A DNA stretch of 52,137 nucleotides, from contig NW_005434594.1 in NCBI RefSeq assembly GCF_000315625.1, forward strand, positions 1 to 52,137, in the 5' to 3' direction. The DNA is from Guillardia theta CCMP2712. Lineage: Eukaryota; Protista; Cryptophyta. The position numbers and the translations under genes are program-made. Positions 31,730 through 52,137 of this stretch are shown one piece after another. Numbering within the stretch: position 1 is the stretch's first letter; every line of letters begins with the position of its first letter. A model generated the notes under the pieces. The model was not told the DNA's origin. It did not search any database and saw only the letters and a program-made list of their open reading frames with translations.

Positions 31730-32690
31730 GTCAATCAATGCTCCTTTTCCTAATCCCCCCCCCCCCCTTGCTGGCGCTGCCGCTCCTTGTCCTCGTCTTC
31801 ATCCTCCTTCTCCTCCTCCTTCTCCTCCTCCTTCTCCTCCTCCTCCTCCTTCTTCTCCTCCTCCTTCTCCTCACTTCGGCTCTCTTTCTGTCAGGGTCTA
31901 TTGNNNNNNNNNNNNNNNNNNNNNNNNNNNNNNNNNNNNNNNNNNNNNNNNNNNNNNNNNNNNNNNNNNNNNNNNNNNNNNNNNNNNNNNNNNNNNNNNN
32001 NNNNNNNNNNNNNNNNNNNNNNNNNNNNNNNNNNNNNNNNNNNNNNNNNNNNNNNNNNNNNNNNNNNNNNNNNNNNNNNNNNNNNNNNNNNNNNNNNNNN
32101 NNNNNNNNNNNNNNNNNNNNNNNNNNNNNNNNNNNNNNNNNNNNNNNNNNNNNNNNNNNNNNNNNNNNNNNNNNNNNNNNNNNNNNNNNNNNNNNNNNNN
32201 NNNNNNNNNNNNNNNNNNNNNNNNNNNNNNNNNNNNNNNNNNNNNNNNNNNNNNNNNNNNNNNNNNNNNNNNNNNNNNNNNNNNNNNNNNNNNNNNNNNN
32301 NNNNNNNNNNNNNNNNNNNNNNNNNNNNNNNNNNNNNNNNNNNNNNNNNNNNNNNNNNNNNNNNNNNNNNNNNNNNNNNNNNNNNNNNNNNNNNNNNNNN
32401 NNNNNNNNNNNNNNNNNNNNNNNNNNNNNNNNNNNNNNNNNNNNNNNNNNNNNNNNNNNNNNNNNNNNNNNNNNNNNNNNNNNNNNNNNNNNNNNNNNNN
32501 NNNNNNNNNNNNNNNNNNNNNNNNNNNNNNNNNNNNNNNNNNNNNNNNNNNNNNNNNNNNNNNNNNNNNNNNNNNNNNNNNNNNNNNNNNNNNNNNNNNN
32601 NNNNNNNNNNNNNNNNNNNNNNNNNNNNNNNNNNNNNNNNNNNNNNNNNNNNNNNNNNNNNNNNNNNNNNNNNNNNNNNNNNNNNNNNNN

Positions 32691-32938
32691 TAGAGAGTAG
32701 AGGGTAGAGGGTGGATGGAAGAGGGTGGAGAGTAGAGGGTGGAGGGTAGAGAGAAGAGGTAGTAGAGGGTAGAGGGTAGAGGGTAGAGGGTAGAGGGAAG
32801 ACGCTTGAGGGTAGAGGGTAGAGGGAAGACGCTTGAGGGTAGAGGGTAGAGGGTAGAGGGTAGAGGGTAGAGGGTAGAGGGAAGACGCTTGAGGGTAGAG
32901 GGTAGAAGGTAGAGGGTAGAGGGAAGAGGTAGAGGGTA
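32691..32938. repeat. (TAGAGGG)n heptamer repeat with GAAGACGCTT interruptions
   Basis: Directly visible next to a gap. Confidence 0.9.
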
Positions 32939-32979
32939 TCGCAAGCAGACCCCCTACTGTTCATCCTTATTGTTTCTCA

Positions 32980-33049
32980 CCTCCCGGGTGGACCTTCAGG
33001 CTTGCTGAATGTGAAGGGACCGCTGTCAACCAGTCATGAACCATGCTTG

Positions 33050-33094
<45 letters not shown>

Positions 33095-33096
33095 AG

Positions 33097-33145
<49 letters not shown>

Positions 33146-34647
33146 TGTTCCCCCCACCCTCTCCTCACTCACTCACTCTTACTGCTACCACAAGTCTCCA
33201 TCGTCGCCATCGTCATCATCATCGTCATCATCATCGTCATTATCATGGTCATGGTCGTCGTCGTCATCAGCACCATCATCGTCATCGTCACTACCATCAT
33301 CACTGCCGCCGCCGCCATCATCTCCTCTACCTCCATCATCATCACGCGACTGTAGCCTCTCATCTTTCGCTCAATCTCATTGCCATCACGCACAAGAACC
33401 ACAGCAACCATGGTCCTCCAACAAAGCTCCTCCTACTCCCTCTGATCTCACCTGACAATTCCAGTGCTCTCAGCGTCAGCATAGACTTCTTGAATCGTTT
33501 GTTCCTTCATTGCAGCAGTCAGAAGAGACAGCAAGCAAGAGTGAAGACAACAACAACATCACTTCACCTGCCCATCACATACGATGAAGATCTCCCCGCT
33601 CACCGTCTCTTTCTCTTTCCCCAGCGCTAGCATGATCGCTCCGACAACATCGTCATACCCCACCAGCCCCATCAGACTGTCCCCCCGCCTCTCCACCTCC
33701 CCGCTCTTGAGGAAGAATGAGTTGCGATCGGGCGCAAGGTTGTACATCCCTGCTAGTCGCATGACAACTCCTCCTGCTCCGAGAGCGATCTCCTCTGCTC
33801 TCAGCAGCTTTGACGAGAAGGGAGACCCCGTCCTGTTCACTGCGCTCTCCTCGTTCACGGTCACCACCTCCTGATCACTCTGTGCAAACACCCCGACTGA
33901 AGACGCCAGCACCAGGTTCCCTCCTCCTCCTCTTGTCCCCTCCTCCTCCTTCCTCCAGCATGACACGCTGCTTCTCACAATCTCCTCATAGTCTTCGACG
34001 TTCGGCGTCACCAGGATCACAACGTGGTCGAACTTTCTAGCTGGGAGGCTCGTCTCAACGTCTCCTGCCCCGATCCTCCTCAGCTTCTCGTGCCGCTTGT
34101 CCGTCCTGCTAGACCTGGTGAGCACAAAATCCATCCGCCTCCTCCTCTCCCTCCTTCCCATCCTCTCTCCCTCTCTCCCTCTCCTCCTCCTCCCTCCCCT
34201 GTTCTCCTGCTCCTCCTGCTCCTCCTCTCCCTCCTCCCTATCCTCCGCCCCTCTCTCCCTTTCCTGTCTCTCCTCCTCCTCCTCCTCCTCCTCCGCCCCC
34301 GCTCTCTTGTCCCTTCCTTCCTCCTCCTACCTCGTCACTGCACAGATCTCCGCATGAGGGTTCTGCTCCTTGTACGCTCTCACCATCCTCTCTCCCAACG
34401 TGCCTGCTCCCACCACCAGCAGACTCCGAGGACGAAGCTGCTCCCGCCCGTCTCCTCCCTCCATCAGGATTCTTGTTTTCTCCCCCCTCCGTAGGTAAGC
34501 ACCTCTCAGCACGATTCTCCCTCCCACACTCTGCATGCATGCTTGCCGGCAGGAGGAACCCACGGGAGGGACCCTGCAGGGCAGGAATGCGAGGGCAGGG
34601 AGCGTGTGAAGGAGGGTGAAGGCGAGCAGCGAAGATTTCTTGAGCAT
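32980..34647 (-). CDS. Plastid-targeted NAD(P)-binding Rossmann/atypical SDR (epimerase-like) protein; 3' end probably in gap
   Basis: Signal peptide ending PALA-F followed by a transit-like segment; LLVVGAGTLG, LASSVGVF, LLRAE, VMRLAGMY, VGYDD and EIFIVCD. At least 4 exons. Confidence 0.8.
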
Positions 34648-34982
34648 TGCCTGTCGAGTCTGAACATGCTGGTCAGCAACTGCGTACTACAGGAAACGCC
34701 TCGTTAGGCTTCGTTAGCATCGCAAGATCTTCATCAACGATTCTTTCCATTCACGCTCAATCCCCGCTCCTAGCCTGTTCTATTAAGTCTTTGCCTAATT
34801 AATCCCTGATCCGCCTTCTCCGCCTTCTCCTTCTCCTCTTTCTTCTCCTTCATCGTCGTCTTTTCTTCTTCTCCTCCTCCTTCTCCCTGTGGTGGTGGTG
34901 GTGGTGGTGGTGGTGGTGGTGGTGGTGGTTGTAGTCCTCCTCCTCCAAGTGCTCCTGCTGCTGCGCGTACTGCTGCTCCTTC

Positions 34983-35032
<50 letters not shown>

Positions 35033-36239
35033 CCTGATCTTGCTGCTGCTGCTGCTGCTGCTGCTCCTGCTCTCCTGCTCTCCTGCTCTCCTGCTCTCCT
35101 GCTCTCCTGCTCTCCTGCTTTCGAGCCTGCCCCTTTTGTATAAGAGTTTCTTGTCGGGACAGACGACCCACCCCACCTACTTTATTCCATGACAAACTTA
35201 CACCCTTCTGGTATTTCAGGGGTACTTTACATATCAGAGTACCCGTGCATAGGTATCCTTTGGGGTAGGGTCTGTTCAACTGTAGCCCCACCCCCGCATT
35301 TGAAGAGTTTAGTAGGTGGGGTGTATACCCTACCCTTGATATGGCAGGTAATTTGGGGGTAGGGGTATCATTGTCCAATCAGCCTCTGTTTTGAATGACT
35401 ACCCCACCCCTCCTTTGAACGGAAGTTGATCGGTGACTACCCCCTCTGTGGAGAAATGTGCTCACGGTACCGGTACTTGATAGTTCACCAAAAGGGATAC
35501 AATGGGGTCATAACCCCCACCCTCATTGACATTCCTCAGTAGGGGTGGTGTAATGGATGCATGCAGGCGATATAAAAGAGAAAAATGAGAGGGGGGGAGA
35601 GGAGGAGGAGGGAGGCGAAGGAGGGAGGTGCAGAGGAGTATGGTGAAGCAGGATGAGCAGCAGGAGCTGCAGCAGGAGTAAGAGGGACAGAAGCGCCATG
35701 ATCTGACCTCTCCACTCCCCATCGTGCACAATGTGGAATAGACTGGACGATGCAAGAACGGAGGCGGTGAGAGTAGCGCACTTACAAGGAGGGATACGAT
35801 CTTAGATGAGGAGAGCAAGAGAGATACTTGCTTCACGCCAATCGGAACGATGATGGCGTCATAGAGAAAGTAGAAGGAGGGTTGTTGAGGGCGTACAAGA
35901 AGTAAAGCAAAACCAGTAGGGAGGTCTGGTCGGCAACAGCAGGGTACTGAAAGGAGGGAGTAGCACACGAGCAGCGGATAGCAGATAGTTATCCATCCAT
36001 GATGAAGCAAAAGTTCGAAATCGGTTGTCGAGACGAGGAGAGGAGGGGAGGGGACGAGCACGGAGCACGTGGCAGAGGCGTGGGCGGTGAGCTGTCGGCT
36101 GAGAGGGAGGACGCAGGTGCTCTCCTTTGACGGGCTCGTTTTGAGGTCAGAAGAGCAGCACAGCCGGTGAGGATGGCTGAACATGCTGCTTGCTGTCTTG
36201 CTGACGCGTTCATGGCGGACGTTGGCAGGAGTTGACAAG

Positions 36240-41427
<5,188 letters not shown>

Positions 41428-42044
41428 GGGGAGAGGAGGAGGAGGAAAAAGGACAGGGAACAGCAAGAGAAGGAGAAAGAAGCGAGGAGGAGGAGGGGGA
41501 GGAGGAGGAAGAACAGATTCTTGGTTGATTGTGGGACTGGAAGCGAGGATGGGACAAGAGCGTCATGGTTGGCAGGAGAAGAAGCGAGCTGTGCGGTGGC
41601 AGGAGGGAACGGTATAGGACAGGAGAGTCGGAGGGCGAAGGGGATGGGAGAGACGCTGAGTAAAGAAACTTTTTCTTGCTTGCACAACCAGACCAGGAAA
41701 GCTAGAAGTGGGAGACGGAGGGGGAGGAAGATGGGGAGTGGGGGAGGGAGGAGATGGGGGTGGGGGGTCGAAGCAGAGGAGAGGAGAGGAGAGAAGGGGA
41801 ATAGAGCGAAGGGAGGNNNNNNNNNNNNNNNNNNNNNNNNNNNNNNNNNNNNNNNNNNNNNNNNNNNNNNNNNNNNNNNNNNNNNNNNNNNNNNNNNNNN
41901 NNNNNNNNNNNNNNNNGAGGGAAAGAGGAGGGGAGGGGAAGAGGAGGGGAGGGGAAGAGGAGGGGAGGAGAAGAGGAGGGGAGGGAAGAGGAGGGAGGGA
42001 AGAGGAGGGGACGGGAAAGGAAGAGAAGGGGAAGAGAGCTCGGG

Positions 42045-46805
<4,761 letters not shown>

Positions 46806-47169
46806 CTCGATTATTCACCCTCCTGTACACCTGTCATCGAAATCAGCCTGCAACCATGTGCTCCATCTTTATCGTCGTGGTTTCTACATGTTCGTGAATA
46901 GACTTCGGCTCCTGCTCCTTTTTTGGTTGGGATGCTGCTCCTGCTCTCCTGCCCCTGCTCTCCTGCCCCTGCTCTCCAACTCTCCTGCTCTCCTGCTCTC
47001 CTTCTCCTGCTCCTGCTCCTCAGTCTCCACACTCGTCTCCTCCTCCTCCCCCCTTCAACTCTCCTCCCGACCGATCCATGTTTCTTCCTGTGTTTCTTCT
47101 GTCTCTTTGTACGATCAGCAAATCAACAAAACAAGACTTTCAAGTGACTCAATATTGAGTGACTCTGTG

Positions 47170-47620
47170 ACTCCGACTCCCGTCGCCAGGGGCCGCCCCT
47201 GGCCCGGGCCGGGCCCGGGCCGGCCCCGGCACGGCGCGGCTAGCATACGGTAGGGCGGCCGCCTGGCACCCGGTGACCCGGTCGGACCGGGCAGGGCCGG
47301 GCTGCCAGTGTCTCCGAAACTCAGTCCGGGCAGCGAAGGACTCCGGACAGGGACTCGGGAGGCCTTGTGACTCAGTGAGCGGCTTTGAGTAACTGAGATT
47401 TGAGCGGCCCGTTCCGATAGTTCCGATAACTTGACTCCTTGACTCGGCCCGGCCCGGGCTCCCGAGTCCGGCGCCGCGGCGCGGCCGCTGCGCGCGGCCG
47501 CCGGGAGGCGCGGCGGCCCGATCATCAACGCCGGTCACAAGTTCCAATACTGAGTGACTGATAAGATCGGACTCAGATCGGATCGGACTCCGAGGCTTTG
47601 TCCGGGGCCCGATCGGTCAT
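47170..47620. promoter_or_regulatory. GC/CCGG-rich island in the divergent F-box/bZIP intergenic region
   Basis: Very GC-rich, with many CCGG, GACTC/GAGTC and GATC(G) words; same character as 27165-27290. Confidence 0.5.
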
Positions 47621-48543
47621 CATTACCAAAAGATCTTCGGGCGGGTTCCGATGGCAAGATAAGGGCCGTGCCAACAATGGCGGCCACAGTCACGCCTATT
47701 TGATAACCGGTACTTTACCTGGGAGTTGGAGGGGTATCGTTGCGACCAGAGCGGCAGGCCCATCGGTGGGCTCAAGGGCACGGGTAGATTCATGGAAGAA
47801 AAGGGGTAGGGGTGGGTAGCCCGAGGATGCGACGGGGGTGGTACAGGTCATGTACAGATCAGGTTGCCCCTTCCACATTACGGCGCATTTAAAACACTTT
47901 TTCCATTTACTTTATTTTTAAAAAGGATTTCAAGGAGTCAGGTTTGAAAAGAATAGTTTTGGAGTGTGACTGTGACACCCCGATACCCTTGATTTGCCAC
48001 GAAATCTTGGGGTACACATCCGCTACACCTCTGAAAACAGTACAGTTGGATTTGAAATAACTCTTTTTCAATCTTGTGTACCCTAATTAGAGTATAAATT
48101 GATTTTACCAGCGAAATCTGGTACAATGTATCGTTCCCATTCCAATTTTAGGCCACCCCGACTTGTCGCTTCTACACCTTCTCCTTCGCTTTCCCTTCGT
48201 ACGTCCTCTTGCTCTCCATCTCGCTCTCCCTCATCCAAACCCACGCCAGTGTTCTTCCTTCACCAACTTCCTTCTTCTGCTCCTTGTCCTCCTCCTCTTT
48301 CCTGATTCTTTCGAATCCTCTAACTTCCCTGTCCTTTTTCTCGTAACCCGCTGTACGTGCAGCTCCTACCCTAGTTGTTGCAACAGTCAGTGTGGCTCTT
48401 CGACTATTACTTTCATTGGAGCTTAGACGCAAAGAAAGAGAGAAGAGAAAACAAGAATTTCTACCCCTCATCCGCACGCTCAGCGTCAATCAGGATCAGC
48501 AAACTCTCGTATTCTAAGTTAGGCTACTCCAAGGACAAGCAGC

Positions 48544-49470
48544 ATGCGTAAGCCGTCGCAGCCGCACTGCGTCCTGGAGCAGGAGCTTCAGAGCTTGCTC
48601 CAGGTGCAGCGAACCTTGGTGCAGAACAAGTCGACGCTCGTCGTGGAGCCATGCCAGGAGGCCGAGAAAGAGGTTCGCGACCGCGTGAGGGCGATCAAGA
48701 ACCGACTGGCAGCGAAGAAGTCGAGGGACCAGGCGAGGACGTACGTCCAGAAGCTCGAGAGCTCTCTCAGTCACTTCGTGTCGCACAACGAGACTCTCTC
48801 CCAGCGCCTGGCCCTCTCGGAGTCCGACAAGGAGCTGCTGCGAGCTGAGAACCGAAACCTCAAGCGGCAGGTGGTGGAGCTGACGCGAGACCTTCAACGG
48901 GCGTCAGCGGAGGTGCAGGCGTTGACGGCGGCTCAGCTGAGCAAGGAGGTGGAAGTGCCTCGAGCTGGAGAGGCAGGTGGGATTCTCGTGGGCAACTTGA
49001 GCCCCCGACCAGCTTTTCAGGTTCCCATGTGCAGCTACGAAGCGCTCGGGGACTTTGCGGAGTCAGCTGCCTTTGTTTCCGTGGAGGAGTGGAGGAAGGA
49101 GAAGAGGAGGAGGCAGAACAGAGAGGCTCAGCGCCGGCATCGAGAGCGTCAGCTCTGCTTGCACAACAAGAACATCCCCATGCAGCTCATGGAGAAGGAG
49201 AGGAAGGAAGAAGCTGATAGCCCTCTCGTCAAGGGCGAGAGCTGTGAAGCATCCTCGAGCCCTGAGCAGCTATCGGACGATACTTGCTCCCTTGAGGGCT
49301 TCACCGATGCCGTCTTCGATCCGCCGGGAGGCCTCGCCGTCTCCTCCGTCGCATGTTGTGGGGGCCTCGCACAACCGGGAGCGCAGGAGGAGCAGGAGGA
49401 GGCGATGGGGTTCAACGACGGGGAGGTGACGTACAAGTCGCATCAGGATGGAGACATGTTCCTGTTCTAG
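48544..49470 (+). CDS. Intronless bZIP transcription factor with two basic regions
   Basis: RAIKNRLAAKKSRDQARTYVQKLESSL plus leucine heptads; second basic region KRRRQNREAQRRHRERQ. Confidence 0.88.
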   Translation: MRKPSQPHCVLEQELQSLLQVQRTLVQNKSTLVVEPCQEAEKEVRDRVRAIKNRLAAKKSRDQARTYVQKLESSLSHFVSHNETLSQRLALSESDKELLRAENRNLKRQVVELTRDLQRASAEVQALTAAQLSKEVEVPRAGEAGGILVGNLSPRPAFQVPMCSYEALGDFAESAAFVSVEEWRKEKRRRQNREAQRRHRERQLCLHNKNIPMQLMEKERKEEADSPLVKGESCEASSSPEQLSDDTCSLEGFTDAVFDPPGGLAVSSVACCGGLAQPGAQEEQEEAMGFNDGEVTYKSHQDGDMFLF

Positions 49471-50005
49471 GGGAGGATCGTCGGGAGAGAAGCGAGGCGA
49501 GGACGAGGCCTTGAGACGAGCCCTCCCCTCCCCGCGTCGTCTGCTGAATGTGCACAAGCGCGCGAGAGCCTTTGATTGATTCTTTTGATTAATCCTTGAA
49601 ATATGATAATGAAACTATCATTGAAGTTTCTGATGAACACTTCAATTGAGGCAAAAGCATCGTTGATTAGTTTGATTAAAATTTGAAGTACAAATATGAA
49701 TTCGTCTTGGATTGTTTTGAACATTCAGTACCATTTAATGAAACTATCATCGAAGTTTTTGATGAATATTTGAAAACACTATATCAAACTAAGAAGAGGA
49801 GACAAGAAACTTCTGCCATGTTGGCCGTAGACTTCGATGTCGGCGTGCGGCGTGATGTACTGAGGATGTAGAGGACGAGAGAACAAGTGACAAGACAACA
49901 ACCCAACTGACAGAGATGACGTCAACAGTGGTTCTAGCTTCTTGCTCCGCTACATCATTGCAGTTGTCGCATGTTCGAAGAAAGCTTTTCCTCTTTTCTA
50001 ACTTT

Positions 50006-52135
<2,130 letters not shown>

Positions 52136-52137
52136 GA

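Noticed and set aside
31701-32964. ORFs over 300 aa
   Set aside because: Artefacts of reading through the N gap.
34770-36238. ORFs 34770-35378 and 35462-36238
   Set aside because: Non-ATG starts, low complexity, and intergenic position between divergent genes.

Overview
Eukaryotic draft-assembly window with several N gaps. The microsatellite-filled introns and a signal-peptide+Phe plastid presequence suggest a cryptophyte-like alga such as Guillardia (inference). Both flanks hold intron-rich housekeeping genes. Left: FAB1/PIKfyve-like kinase and an ABHD hydrolase. Right: VPS35, a plastid Rossmann protein, SEY1/RHD3, an F-box/ARM protein, a double-basic-region bZIP and MsrB. Between them lies a ~20 kb intron-free mobile-DNA island (7441-27164). 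It contains: (1) a compact, virus-like, frameshifted gene block interrupted by a 2.0 kb CACTA/CMC-like transposon (TIRs, TAT TSD); (2) a head-to-tail amplified ~2.5-2.9 kb cassette, three full copies plus a partial fourth, each made of a 153-bp tandem array, shredded TCP11-like and Gypsy RNase H fragments, and an open coiled-coil gene whose TATA box abuts the next array; (3) a Harbinger-type MITE inside array 4; (4) a Copia relic internally inverted within the integrase DNGSEF motif and carrying a 1.8 kb orphan-gene insert. The amplified cassette is the best candidate for an undescribed system. The bZIP/MsrB 3' ends also exist as an inverted copy at the island's left edge, and DDHD phospholipase exons sit inside SEY1, possibly by misassembly.
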